The translations under genes were made by a program, and so were the position numbers. A stretch of 64,000 nt of DNA from Octopus vulgaris. Taxonomy: Eukaryota. The stretch's first letter is position 1, and every line of letters starts with the position of its first letter. Below are positions 1-12,849 of the stretch, in pieces. The stretch lies in assembly GCA_951406725.2 (NCBI GenBank), contig OX597815.1, positions 24,862,001 through 24,926,000 of the forward strand, read 5' to 3'. Below the pieces are notes generated by a model, which saw nothing but the letters and a program-made list of their open reading frames with translations, made no database searches and was not told the DNA's origin.

Positions 1-222
1 GGGGTACAAACACAGACACACAAACACACACACGCATATATATATATATACATATATACGACAGGCTTCTTTCAGTTTCCGTCTACCAAATCCACTCACA
101 AGGCTTTGGTCGGCCCGAGGCTATAGTAGAAGACACTTGCCCAAGGTGCCATGCAGTGGGACTGAACCCGGAACCATGTGGTTGGTAAACAAGCTACTTA
201 CCACACAGCCACTCCTGCTCCT
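1..222 (-). mobile_element. tRNA-derived SINE family A (CORE-like), partial at window edge
   Basis: Reverse complement of the head GGAGTGGCTGTGTGGTAAG...GGTTCAGTCCC...CCTTGGGCAAGTGTCTT seen in many other copies, e.g. 20319-20728. Confidence 0.9.
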
Positions 223-1080
223 ATTATATTTATATTTATATTTTGGTCAAGAAAATTGCTATACAAAAGGTAAAACACATATTTTTGGCTACCACGTTTT
301 GTGTAATAGCAATTAGCCACCAAGGTGATGCACAACTGCTATGGCTTTGTTGTCACCCACTCGCTGCAAATATTTGATTGGCAGATGAAAGTTTAACATT
401 TCTTTCATCTTTGTGGGAGAATTTTCATGTAGATAATTAAAAATGTCTGTGTCCTAGGCCTTTCTGTCTGTCTCTCTGTTGACCATGGTATTTTATAACT
501 GCTGTGGCAGCTAGAAGGACAGACATACTGCTGCAGAGATTGTGCCTAAATAGGTCCATTTGAACTTCGCCTGATATGGCTGAGGTCGTAGGTCAAAGGG
601 AGATGATTTATCATTTTTTGACAGGACAAAGAAAACCTATTTTCGTGCCTGTTGATCGTGGTGGTTTGGACAACCAAGAATCCTTAGACTTGATTTTGAA
701 TTTAAGCTTAGAGAAGGAAGTGTTAATTTTTACAAAGCTATTGATTATATATGCATGTAATAAATAATAGTTGATAATATTTACTCTGTAACATGATAGC
801 ATATTTTTCATAAAGGTTTTGAAATTATTCTAAACACTTTGTAAATATATTATAATGTTGGTAGGTAAAAATGCATGGCTTAATGGTTAGGGGTGTTGCA
901 TTCATAATTGCTAAATTGTGGGTTCAATTCCCAAGCTGGGTGGAACATTGTGTTTTTGTACAAAATATTTCATTTCATGTTACTCTGCAGATGGGAAAAG
1001 TGGCAGAATTGGTCTGTTGGCAGAAATGATTTATGGTATATCTTTCAGCTCTTAACATTCTGAGTTCAGATCCATCCTAC

Positions 1081-1175
1081 TTGGAGAAGGCAATAACAAA
1101 CCACTCTAGTATTCATCCTCAGTCTAGTAATGACAGTCGAAGTCACAGTAATCTATTTAACAGCAGCAGAGGAGG
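1081..1175 (+). mobile_element. Possible RTE-related SINE tail fragment
   Basis: GGAGAAGGCAATAACAAACCACTCTAGTATTC resembles the RTE/Bov-A-type GGAGAAGGCAATGGCAACCCACTCCAGTATTC motif; short and decayed. Confidence 0.35.
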
Positions 1176-1514
1176 ATACAAGCTTTCCCAGGTCGTATAG
1201 AGAGTGCTGGAGAAGGTTCGCATGCACAGGACTTACCCAAGGTCAGACCCCTGCTAGACTAGAAAATTGATAGAATTGGGTGTATACTGGACTAATAAAC
1301 CTGAGAAGTTCCTAATTTTTAAAAATCTCCTTCGGGGTAAGCAAAAATGTTAGTAGTGATTGTTAGAAACTTTGTGTTATTTGTTTTTTTTATCCTTTTG
1401 AGATTGCTAAAATAAGGTACCAGCCATGTACTGGGAGTTGTTGTAATCAACCAAGCCCTACCCCCTCTAAAACTGCTGGCCTTGAGCCAAAATTGGAAAC
1501 AATTATTATCTTAA

Positions 1515-1730
1515 CCCTTTAGCATTCAGATTTCTTCGTCAAATGTAATGCTCATTTATTCGTGTTGATAGGAATTAGTCATGCATTACTTCGTAGCTGT
1601 GAGATTTTAATGACTTGATTGTTTATTCTTAGAATGATATTGTAGGTTAAGTGCAAGAGGACAGATCTGGTTAGAGTGAAGACAGAACAGAATATTCTGG
1701 TTGAATAAGGCTGGTTTAAATACTAAAGTG
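1515..1730. mobile_element. piggyBac-like MITE
   Basis: TTAA on both sides (1511-14, 1731-34); imperfect TIRs CCCTTTAGCATT / AATACTAAAGTG. Confidence 0.7.
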
Positions 1731-1756
1731 TTAAAGCAGGCTTAAGAGTAACACTT

Positions 1757-1871
<115 letters not shown>

Positions 1872-1963
1872 CAAAGCTGAGAGTAGAGACAAATTTATTG
1901 TAAAACTTATTTTAACTCGGACTTGAAGTTTTGCCTGATGGCTTCTTCAACCACTCTGGTTAA

Positions 1964-2177
1964 CCCTTTCATTACCATATTTATTTTGAGGTGCTCTGCA
2001 TTTCTTTAAATTAATTTTAGATATAACAAAGAATTTAGTAAAACAACTTAGTTATCATTCAGCTAGTGTTAGGAGCATAAATTGTGACTAAGGTTTGGTG
2101 GAAGATTTTAATTCAAAATTTATGAAAACAAGACTACAGAGCCAGAGGCAGTTTTGGCCGGGTTGGTATCAAAAGGG
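1964..2177. mobile_element. piggyBac-like MITE
   Basis: TTAA|CCCTTTCATTACCA ... TGGTATCAAAAGGG|TTAA. Confidence 0.75.
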
Positions 2178-2254
2178 TTAAATAAGTTCTCACGTGAAAC
2201 TTAGAGTTACAGGCACCATGAATTTTACAATATTTATGTGTGTACATGTATATA

Positions 2255-2790
2255 TAATATAATGAACTTATTGTATACAGTGCTTAGGTGCACTATTATT
2301 CATCAGGAAATGCGTGTACAGTACATAGAATAAAGCACAGAAAGAGAACAGTGAATGAGTCATTAAGAAAAAATAGCAGAGGTCACTAGGTGTACAACTG
2401 GTGAATTTCAGGAAGCATGGATGCTTGAAAATTGTAGTGTTCCAACAACTTACAATGATGTAGGTAGTTTATTCCATGCTTCAGCAATTTTGAGCATGAA
2501 AAAATGTTTCTGAATGTCATGGGTGCTGTGTTGTTTTTTGATTTTGTAAGCATGTCCACAGGTGTTAGATATATGGAATTCAAAAAGGTGCTGTTGCAAA
2601 GATGGTGAATAATCTTGTGGGTGTCTGTAACAATTGCAAGATGTTGGAGCTTATTTTGTGTTCATGCACAGGGAAGCAAGACATTCAGAGTACAGTAGAT
2701 GCTTGATGGTGGATATTCATCTGGTTGAGCAATTTTAATGCGTTAGGAAGCTCATCCAATCATTGAAACCATGGTGTCACTGAAACCTGG
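2255..2790 (-). pseudogene. CR1-clade LINE 3' end (ORF2 C-terminus and 3' UTR), decayed
   Basis: Minus strand reads ...SNTCGHAYKIKKQHSTHDIQKHFFMLKIAEAWNKLP, the TRGH...FF..R....WN.LP C-terminus of CR1 ORF2; second copy at 15935-16300. Confidence 0.8.
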
Positions 2791-2809
2791 AGCAGTCCTT
2801 TGGCTTGTG

Positions 2810-3109
2810 GAGGCACATGGCCTAGTGGTTAGAGCAGCAGACTCATGGTCGAGGGATCGCGAGTTTGAATCTCAGACTGGGTGATGTATGTGTTTATAAG
2901 TGAAACACCTAAGCTCCACGCGGCTCCGGCAGAAAGTAATGGCGAACTTCTGCTGACTCTTTCACCACAACTTTCTCTCACTTTTTCCTTCTGCATCTTG
3001 CAGCTCACCTGTCACAGACTAGCGTCCTGTCCAGGAGGGGAACCTATTAGCCAAGGAAACCGGGAAACTGGCCCTTATGAGCCAGGTGTGGATTGAGAAG
3101 GAACAAACA
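2810..3109 (+). mobile_element. tRNA-derived SINE family C (V-domain-like)
   Basis: A box TGGCCTAGTGG, B-box-like GTTTGAATC, body CCTGTCACAGACTAGCGTCCTGTCCAGG; 5'-truncated copy at 61963-62120. Confidence 0.8.
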
Positions 3110-3874
3110 GTCCTTTGGCTTGTTGGCTTCTGTTAAACTGTTCAACACATCACAGTACAAAAAAAAAAAACAGACATTAAACAGCAATGGTGATGATGAT
3201 GTATATAAATATGTGGGGGTAAGAGCTGAGGTGCACTTGAGAGTGTGCACACACACACATGTGTGTGTGTGTGTGTGTGTGTGCATGCAGGTGTCTGTGC
3301 ATTCACGCATATATAAATACCTTTTTTGTTGTGAAAATATTTTTTTCACATTTTTCATTGTGTAGTTAGACAAGAAAGGTCAGTACACCTGACATTTACC
3401 AAGTCTCTGAGATGAGTGGGAGGAAAAAAGAGAGTAATCCTCAAAAGGAAGATCTATCCAGAAATGTTTGTAACAGAGTGAGCTCTACAAAAAGTACTTA
3501 GAAAATACACAGGTGATAGTGTGAAACTAGGAAGTGGAGTAGTGTTGAAATTGAAGTCATGATGAGAAATGACTAAAATAGGATTGGTAACTACAATTTA
3601 GTAAGGAAGGGCAAGGTGTGATGTTTATAAAGAGAGAGAGGAAGAGTAAGGAAATTATAATAATTCAAATAACACTGAGAATTTTTTCCCACAAAATAGT
3701 AGTCTTTGTGTTAATTTAATATTCTTCAAGCAGAGTTACCTGCAAAATGTACAGGTATTGAAACAAAGTAACATGAAATAGAATATTGTGATCTGAGGTG
3801 AAATTGGCTGCTATTTTGCACATGCTATGCTACTATGTAAAAATTTTGGTTGTTGGTGAATGCATGAGACTGAA

Positions 3875-4105
3875 GGCGATGAGCTGGCAGAAACGTTAGC
3901 ACGCCGGGTGAAATGCTTAGCGGTATTTCGTCTGCCGCTACGTTCTGAGTTCAAATTCCGCTGAGGTTGACTTTGCCTTTCATCCTTTCGGGGTCGATTA
4001 AATAAGTACCAGTTATGCACTGGGGTTGATATAATCGACTTAATCCGTTTGTCTGTCCTTGTTTGTCCTCTCTGTGTTTAGCCCCTTGTGGGTAGTAAAG
4101 AAATA
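3875..4105 (+). mobile_element. tRNA-derived SINE family B (Meta-like domain)
   Basis: Head GGCGATGAGCTGGCAGAAACG...GAGTTCAAATTCC, core GCCTTTCATCCTTTCGGGGTCGAT; imperfect TSD GAATGCAT(G/T)AGAC(T/A)GAA. Confidence 0.9.
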
Positions 4106-4787
4106 GAATGCATTAGACAGAAGGCTGCTATTTCTAACATGTCTAGTTACTGCATAGATGACTTGCTTGCTTTTTACAAACATATCAAGACTATAGAGGA
4201 TTGGGTAATCTTTTGTTGTATGAACACATAATGGTTGATAACAAAGTGAGACAAACTGAATGTTCAGTGAAGCAAAGTAAAAGATAAACTAAGAGTCTCA
4301 GACAACTGAAATATTATTGAACCAAATGAGAAACAAACACAGACACACACACACACACATGAGAATTACATGTTAAAGAATACCAGATATGAAAGTGTGC
4401 ATTTTATATCTAGGTTGATGATTAAGCACATGAAATTCAATTAACTAGATTTGAGATGCCAGCTGCAATGACCATAAACAACTGCCTGGGTCTTCTTGTC
4501 TGTATATCTTCAGGCAAGTGTCATCGGCTGTAGTCTTATATTAACCAATGTCTCATGATTAGATGTGGTAGATGGAGATTGTATAGAAGCCTCCATATGT
4601 ATGTAGAGATATGGATATATTTGATGCCAGCATGGCAGTGTGCTTAAGAAGTTTACTTCCTATCTAAGTGATTTTGGGTTCAATCCCATGGGATGGCACC
4701 TCAAACAAATGTCTTCAACATAGATATGTATGTAGAGTTTCACATTTCCATTCATCAGACAATACTGATAAACACTATATGTATAAA

Positions 4788-5210
4788 TATGTATGTATTT
4801 ATGTATGCATGCATGTATGTATGTATGTATGTATGTATGTATGTATGTATGTATGTATGTATGTATGTATGTATGTATGTATGTATGCATGCATGCATGC
4901 ATATATGTATGTATGTATATATGTATGTATACATGCATGCATGCATGTATGTATGTATATATTTATGTATGTATGTATGTATTATGTATGTATGTGTGCA
5001 TGTATGTATGTATGCATGCATGCATGTATATATGTATGTATGCATGCATATATGTATGTAGGTATGCATACATGCATGCATGTATGTATGTATGCATGTA
5101 TGTATGTATGTATGTATGTATGTATGTATGTATGTATGTATGCATGCATGTATGTATGTATGTATGTATGTATGTATGTATGTATGTATGTATGTATGTA
5201 TGTATGTATG
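4788..5210. repeat. (TATG)n / (CATG) compound microsatellite
   Basis: Direct inspection; source of the MYVC/HTYI pseudo-ORFs. Confidence 0.97.
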
Positions 5211-5309
5211 TCATTATTAGTTTTATTTCAAGATTTCTTGCCAATAGACAAGGAGCTGGTTTCTAACCTAGATCCAAGACTCCATTGGAATTTCAACAAC
5301 ATCAACAAC
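5210..5309 (-). mobile_element. ~100-bp short interspersed repeat embedded in (TATG)n
   Basis: Closely similar to 8863-8969 (GTCATTATT..GTTTTATTTCAAGATTTC..GGTTTCTAACCTAGATCCAAG..ATTGGAATTTCA); both copies sit inside TATG arrays. Confidence 0.75.
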
Positions 5310-5740
5310 TTATGTATGTATGTATTAGCATAGACGTGGCTGTGGGAATAAAAAATTCACTTTTCACTGCTTGGTTTTCAGTTCAGTTCCACTACATGGT
5401 ACCTTGGGTAATTGCCCTCTGCTATAGCCTTTTGAGAGGATTTCATAGATGGTTGGATGGTTTGGCATGATTGACATGTCCAAGGGCATCATGCTTCAAT
5501 ATTGGCACTGGCATAGTTTCAACACCTGATTACTTTTCCTAATGCCATTCACTTTACATGTATTGGGTGCTTTTCTTGTGGCACCTGCACTAGTGAGGTT
5601 GTCACGTAATTAGCAAGACTAAGATCCCTTTTGACTGATTGAGTCTACAGTGAGAGCAAGGGAGAGGATACGGGGGAGAGGGTATGCTTGAAGATAGGGG
5701 TTAATGTATGAGAAAAGGAGCTTGAGCAAACAGGTTTATT

Positions 5741-6160
5741 CATTTCTTTATTGCCCACAAGGGGCTACACACATAGGGGTCAAACAAGTACAGACAAATG
5801 GATTTAAGTTGATTATATCGACCCCAGTGCGTGACTGGTACTTATCTAATCAACCCCGAAAGGATGAAAGGCAAAGTCAACCTTGGCGGAATTTGAACTC
5901 AGAACATAGCGGCAGACGAAATACCTATTTCTTTACTACCCACAAGGGGCTAAACACAGAGGGGACAAACAAGGACAGACAAATGGATTAAGTCAATTAC
6001 ATCGACGTCAGTGCATAACTGGTACTTATTTAATCGACCCCAAAATACTGAAAGGCAAAGTCGACCTCGGCGGAATTTGAACTCAGAATGTTGCATTAGA
6101 CGAAATACTGCTAAGCATTTTGCCCTGCGTGCTAACGATTCTGCCAGCTCGCCGCCGCCT
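5741..6160 (-). mobile_element. SINE family B head-to-tail dimer
   Basis: Full copy plus 5'-truncated copy, flanked by one TSD CAGGTTTATT (5731-40, 6161-70). Confidence 0.9.
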
Positions 6161-6469
6161 CAGGTTTATTGCTGCGTAGGAGCAATCATGTCTACCCACA
6201 TTGTAGAAGAGGGGGTGGGAGTGACCAGGTTGGAGCTGGAAACAGAGATAAAATTGGTGGTGTTGAGATATCAGAGTGAATCTTCAGGGTTTGAAGTGCA
6301 CAGAAGTGAGTGAAGACAGGAAAAACAGGAAGTGTTGGTGAGCAGAGGTAGTAAGAGCATTTGGGAGAGTAGGAGGTGGTTACAGATGGGGAATTGGTGG
6401 GGTGAATGAATAAAGAACAAGTGTTGAGGGATGGTTAATAGGAATAGGTGTGGCAGGGAAGGATAGGTG

Positions 6470-6598
6470 TTATATATGTGTGTGAGTTTATGCATATATA
6501 TTCACACACATACACTCACACATGTATGTATATGTATGGGTATGTATATATATATACACACACACACACACATATACATACATACATACATACATACA

Positions 6599-6632
<34 letters not shown>

Positions 6633-6796
6633 CATACATACATACATACATACATACATACATGCATATATACATATATACATATATATATATATGTATG
6701 TATATGTATATATATGTATATGTATGTATATGTATGTATATATATATATATATATATGTATGTATATATATATATATATGTATGTATGTATATATA

Positions 6797-6840
<44 letters not shown>

Positions 6841-6890
6841 CATACCCATATGTATGTATGCATGTATGTATGTATGTATATATGTGTATA
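6470..6890. repeat. (CA)/(TACA)/(TA)/(TATG) compound microsatellite
   Basis: Direct inspection. Confidence 0.95.
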
Positions 6891-7362
6891 TCATCATCAT
6901 CATCGTCGTTTAACGTCCGTTCTCCATGCTAGCATGGGTTGGACGGTTCGACCGGGGTTCTGGGAAGCCAGAAGGCTGCACCAGGCTCCAGTCTAATCTG
7001 GCAATGTTTCTACAGCTGGATGCCCTTCCTAACGCCAACCACTCCGTGAGTGTAGTGGGTGCTTTTTACATGCCACCTACACAGGTGCCAGGCGGGCTGG
7101 CAACGGCCACGGTCAGATTGGTGTATTTTATGTGCCACCGGCACGGAAGCCAGTCGAGGCGGTGCTGGCATCGGCCACGAGTCAAATAGTGCTTTTTACA
7201 TACCACCAGACCAGGGATCCTGGCTGGTTCAATTCGATTTCGATTTCGCTTGCCCCAACATGTCTTCACAAGCAAAGGGGGTTGGCAAGGGTGCCTGTCG
7301 TACGGTCGCATTGGAGTATTTTACGTGCCACGGCCACGAGTCAGATAGTGCTTTTTACGTAC
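6891..7362 (-). mobile_element. RTE-LINE 3' UTR-derived element with (GAT)n tail
   Basis: Reverse complement matches the 3' end of the RTE at 40240-40433 (CCAACCCATGCTAGCATGG...GGACGTTAAACGA(T/C)GATG). Confidence 0.85.
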
Positions 7363-7367
7363 CATAT

Positions 7368-7413
<46 letters not shown>

Positions 7414-7769
7414 CAAGAGTGATGTATTGTAAACATGGGTATATTTTAAAACTTTTATCTCTTTTTATGTGAGTTCCTTTCAGTTTGTTTAGAAACCAGA
7501 TAGGAAAAAAAACATAAGTAAACAGCACATTTGTTTTTTAGACATTCTCTCACAAACTAGCTGAAAGATAATAGCTGTGATACATAAAACACAGCACAAT
7601 ACTAAATTAAACATACAGATAACAGTCACTAATCACAAACAGAAAGAAACTATGATAAACTATGATAAAATAAATCTAACGCCAAAAAATTTCAAATACT
7701 AGTCGGAACTTCTTACAGTAATTATAGTGATCCTACCTGCTAATGAAGAAGTGGCAAAATATGCTAACA

Positions 7770-8586
7770 TCCCTGTGCTTGGGAAGACTTGGCAACCCAA
7801 GTGAAAAGGTAGTCGGGGCTCATGCCAGTGTCACATGACTGGCATGTAAAAAGCACCCTTCAAACGTTGGGTGATATGCTGTGCTTGAGAAGACCTGTCG
7901 AGCTAAGTGAAATCCTAGTTGTGGCCAATACCTATTTCTTTATTACCCACAAGGGGCTAAACATAGAGGGAACAAACAAGGACAGACATAGGTATTAAGT
8001 CGATTACATCGACTGCAGTGCGTAACTGGTACTTAATTTATCGACCCCGAAAGGACGAAAGGTAAAATCGACCTCGGTGGAACTCACAACGAACTCACAA
8101 CGTAACGGCAGCTGAAATACCGCTAAGCATTTCGCCCGATGTGCTAACGATTCTGCCAGCTCACCACCAAATACCAGTGCAATGTGGCCAATACCAGTGA
8201 AATGTGATGGGCACCTATGCTGGTGGCATGTAAAAAGCACCGTTCAGACATTGGGCCCCACGGAGGCAGTGACAGGTGACTGAAACCTTTGATGATATAC
8301 CATGCTTGAGAAGACCTACTTGTCAGGCCAAGTAAGATCATAGTCATGGTCGACGCCGGTGTCACATAACTTGGCACCAGTTATGGTGGCATGTAAAAAG
8401 CACCCACTACACTTTTAGAGTGGTTGGTGTTAGGAAGGGCATCTGGCCATAGAAACCATAGAAACCAAATCAGATTGGAAATTGGTGCAGCTCCTGGCTT
8501 ACCAGTTCTCAGTCAAACTGTCCAACCCATGCCAGCATAGAAAATCTTTGTTCAACCCTTACAAGCATGGAAAAGTGGACAGTGAT

Positions 8587-8588
<2 letters not shown>
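7770..8588 (+). mobile_element. RTE 3' UTR-derived element, interrupted by SINE B
   Basis: Repeated GTGCTTGAGAAGAC and GGCATGTAAAAAGCACC modules and terminal CCAACCCATGCCAGCAT shared with the RTE 3' UTR. Confidence 0.75.
7931..8168 (-). mobile_element. SINE family B
   Basis: Full-length reverse complement of family B. Confidence 0.88.
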
Positions 8589-8628
<40 letters not shown>

Positions 8629-8629
8629 T

Positions 8630-8665
<36 letters not shown>

Positions 8666-8862
8666 ACACGTGTGTATGTGTGCGTATTTTAATTGAGGGT
8701 TAATAAGGTTACCAATGCAGTGTTAAGCATTCACTCTCATTGTTTGATATTAGTGTATTTGTATGTATGTATGTATGTATGTATGCGTGTGTGTGTATGT
8801 ATACATTTGTGTGTATGTATGTATGTATGTATGTATGTATGTATGCATGTGTGTGTATGTAT

Positions 8863-8969
8863 GTCATTATTCAGTTTTATTTCAAGATTTCATGCCAATA
8901 GAGAATGAGTTGGTTTCTAACCTAGATCCAAGGCCCCTTCATTGGAATTTCAGCAACATCAACAGGGTA
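8863..8969 (-). mobile_element. ~100-bp short interspersed repeat embedded in (TATG)n
   Basis: Second copy of 5210-5309. Confidence 0.75.
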
Positions 8970-9907
8970 TTTTTGTATGTATGTATGTATGTACGTATGT
9001 ATGTATGTATGTATGTATGTATGTATGTATGTATGTATACGTGCAGAATTGTATGTTTTGTTTTATGTATGTATTCTCACACATATATGAGCATGTCTAC
9101 ACATTCTCATATATACTTAAATAATAAACTTCTGGAAAGTTTTACAAATTTATGTACGTGTTGTGTGTGTGTGTCTGTGTGTGTGTGTGTGCATGTGTGT
9201 TTGTGTGCGTGCATGCATGCATACATCTATGCATGCATGCATGTATGCACACACCTATGCATGTAAGCATGCATGTATGCATACATGTTTCCCATTAACA
9301 TTGTTTTGACCTAGTTTATCCTTTACTAAAACGAAGCATGAATTTACCTGTAAAAATATTTATTTGTTCAATGCATAAGTTTCTAGAAGAATCTAGAATC
9401 TCTGTATTGTGTGAGTAATTTGCTCATTATCCCTTTAGAAATCAGTCCCCCTGTGACTGCCTGTGATTCTATGAAACAACGCTCATTGTTTTGAAGTGTT
9501 CAGTATTAAATTAAAACCTCCTCTCATAATGTCATTACAGAATTTAATGTCAAGCCAAGTTCCAAATGCATGATTAAAGATCAAAAACAAAAAAACATGT
9601 TATTTTACTAAATCTTTCTGAATCCATGATTTTATGTTATTTTATTTCACATTTAATGGGAATGCTAAACTTTGTATTTCAGTAGGATTCTGGTCACACT
9701 GAGAAAGTATTTCAGTCAGACTATGTTTAGACACAGACCGTTTTCCATTTCAAATGTGGTCATAAAGGGTTCAGTATGTATCCTTTTTCCATGAGTGAAA
9801 AGAAAACTTCAATCTTCTTTAATGTAAATTTCTCAAATGGTGCCCTGTGATTCATTAAAGTCCCTATTTCCTATTACTGTAACTTATTTTATTAAAAATG
9901 TTTGAAT

Positions 9908-10322
9908 GTAGGAGTGGCTGTGTGGTAAGTAGCTTGCTTACGAACCACATGGTTTTGGGTTCAGTCTCACTGCATGGCACCTTGGGCAAGTGTCTTCTAC
10001 TATAGCCTCGGGCTGACCAAAGCCTTGTGAGTGGATTTGGTAGATGGAAACTGAAAGAAGCCCGTTGTATATATGTATATATATGTGTGTGTGTGTATAT
10101 GTTTGTGTGTTTGTGTTTGTCTCTCCAACATTGCTTGACAACCGATGATGGTGTGTTTACATCCCTGTAACTTAGCAATTCGGCAAAAGAGACCGATAGA
10201 ATAAGTACTAGGCTTACAAAGAATAAGTCCTGGGGTTGATTTGCTTGACTAAAGGTGGTGCTCCAGCAAGGCCACAGTCAAAGGACTGAAACAAGTAAAA
10301 GAGTAAAAAGAGGGTAAAGAGT
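9908..10322 (+). mobile_element. SINE family A
   Basis: tRNA-like head, CCTTGGGCAAGTG core, internal (TA/TG)n, tail GACTGAAACAAGTAAAAGAG repeats. Confidence 0.92.
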
Positions 10323-10344
10323 AATGTGTTGAAGGGAGTGATCA

Positions 10345-10545
10345 AGCAGAATCATAACCATGCCAGGCAAAATGCTTTGTGGAATCTCATACATCTTTAC
10401 ATTCTGAGTTCAAATTCTGCTGAGGTCAACTTTGCCTTTCATCCTTTTGAGGTCAATAAAATAAGTACCAGTTGAGCACTGGGGTTGATGTAATCAACTT
10501 ACTTCCCCACTGAAATTGCTGGCCTTGAGCCAAAATTTAAAACCA
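10345..10545 (+). mobile_element. SINE family B, older variant
   Basis: GAGTTCAAATTCTGCTGAGGTCAACTTTGCCTTTCATCC core. Confidence 0.8.
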
Positions 10546-11269
10546 ATAATTTGAATGCATTTATATTGAACACTCAGAAGAAGTAATAGAGTGAGTTTCA
10601 TTGGAACATACTGTTCTCAAATAGAGATCCAGTTTACAGTGACTTGCTTCTACATATGATTAAACGATATCAAATAACCCTGGTAACAGCTGTATCATAC
10701 AAAATCTGCTTTTGAAATCCTATAACAAAATCTGCTTTAATTTACAGTTCCATCTGTGACGACTTGTTTATTGTCTATATTCAGACTCACTGGATATGTT
10801 TTATTGTATATTTATTCAAAACAATTATTAGATGTGATTCAGTTCATTTAGCTGTTGGAAATGTGAACATCTCTCGTCTGCCTAATGCTATTAAATAGGG
10901 GCTTATGACAGCCTTTCTCTAACAGTTCTTAGCCCTTCAGATGCTTTTCTGCATAACTTTCTACACAATTACAGAAACCATCAACGTGTATTCAGGTGAT
11001 GAAAAATCATACATCATTTGGAACCATTTAATGGCAAATCAATTAAAATCCTTGTAAAGATAGATTGAAAACTAGTTCTGAGAGAGAGAGAGGAGGGGGG
11101 TATTGATTTCTGTGTGGTTGATTAGATTCTTTTCTCTACCCTTATTTTCCTTTTCAAATGAAACTTGAAGAAGTTCATCAAGGATTAACCAAAGAGAAAA
11201 GTGTTTGTCTTCAGCCCCTTCAATCTCATTCACCATGCAACCTCTATCGCCATGGCCACCAGGCATGTA

Positions 11270-12320
11270 AACACAGTCTTTCCATCTTGGTTAAAGGAAG
11301 GTGGTGGGGCTATCTTCACGATGGATTCAGTTGACAGCTGGATCTGTCCCACATGCGACAGCAGGTGTTTTACATAAACCCACAGGTCAGCAATACTCGG
11401 GCGTTGGATGAGTGCACGCAGGACATTTTTGTTGCCCTATGTGCATCTCAGACATGCTTGGCTGATGGCATTTCCATGCCTGTAAAGTTTATCTTGAACA
11501 GGCAAAGCTCTTCAATAGCTCTGCCAGGTCAGAGATTATTGGAAATTATCCATTGGTCCCGAGCTGAAGGTTCTCTGGAAAAGAGCGGCTAGTTGATCTT
11601 TTCACTTTTCCTTCAATAATCCTTTATAAAATACTAAAATGGACGTTTCACCTATTGCAGTGTCTGATTGGCTGAGGGCTGTGAGTGCTTGGAGACATTC
11701 CATTTACCAAATGCTTCCCATCAGTCTCTGTTTTACCCAGACTGCAGCTCTTTTAAAGAAACTAGCTGCGGAAATATGTGTCTGGTGAACAGCGACCACA
11801 CCTGTTCACCAAAAGGAAGCACTGGAAATGTTGTAGCCTCAGTGCATGCCTGTTCATCATTAACCATGGTATGTCCAGGCCACCATTCAGCGGGTGTTGA
11901 CAGCAGATAGACCACCTGACCATTGGGACATGTCCCTTCCATAAGAAGCAGAAGAGTGTACGTTCCAGTGTAATCAGACAGTGGCCAGGACAAGGCATGA
12001 TGGTCAAGCGATAGTAGATGACGGACATAATATACACATTAGCCACCTCTGCCCGACCTTTCAGGGATGGCTTTCTCTCTACCCATTTCTGGGTGAGAGT
12101 AGTCACCCTGCTAATTACCTTGTCCCTGATATTGACCGTCTGGAGGTCCAAACCGAACCAGACCCTGAGCAATTTAACCGGTTCATCTGTTCAGTGCCCA
12201 ATGATGCAGTTGCATGGCTTAGGCTTGCTTCTCCAGGTGCCGTGCCACAAGCCCACTGATTTTATAATGATAATCCTTTCTACTGTAGGTTCAAAGCTTG
12301 ACATTTTAAGGTGTGGATAG
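11270..12320 (-). pseudogene. L1/Tx1-clade LINE ORF2 fragment (post-RT and zinc-binding region)
   Basis: ORF 11762-12172: WVERKPSLKGRAEVANVYIMSVIYY...FLWKG...HPLNGGL, matching L1/Tx1 W....LSL.GR...FLW...GGLG; frameshifts and stops. Confidence 0.85.
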
Positions 12321-12329
12321 AGTTACTTG

Positions 12330-12476
12330 ATTACATCATTCCTAGTGCTCAACTGCTACTTATTTTATCAACCCCAAAAGAATGAAAGGATAAGTCAACC
12401 TTGGTGGAATTTTAACCCAGAACATAAAGCTGGACTAAGCATTTTGCCCAATGTGCAACGATTCTACCAGCTCACT
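12330..12476 (-). mobile_element. SINE family B, decayed
   Basis: GAATGAAAGGATAAGTCAACCTTGGTGGAATTTTAACCCAGAAC. Confidence 0.7.
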
Positions 12477-12849
12477 GAGGGTGTTCTGTGTACTTCGGTT
12501 GGCAATTCATCTTGTGCTGCTCTATTTCATTGTAGGTGCAAATCTGATAAACACACAACGGAAGGAATAACCTTATAGCAACCAGCTTGTTCTTGTAATG
12601 ATGGAAAAAAATGAGAAAACAAGTAACTGCTAAGGTTATGGACATGTCAGATGGAACTCTGAGGGTCAACAAGAGGACCCATAGTCACGCATGGCAGGAG
12701 AATGCAGAAGATTAGACTTCCATTGGTTGTCATCCGCAACTGATCCTAAGAGCACAAAAACAACTCTGTATCACAGGAAAAAACATGGAGGTTGGGAAAA
12801 GAAAGTTGAAGATCAAAAGTGCTGGTTAAAATCTGATAACAAGATTCAT

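Noticed and set aside
300-767. 63-aa ORF with DRGGL after an acceptor-like TTTTTTGACAG, and a frameshifted WQMKFN-like motif upstream
   Set aside because: The motifs are too short to distinguish an exon, a transposase or a CR1 relic from chance.
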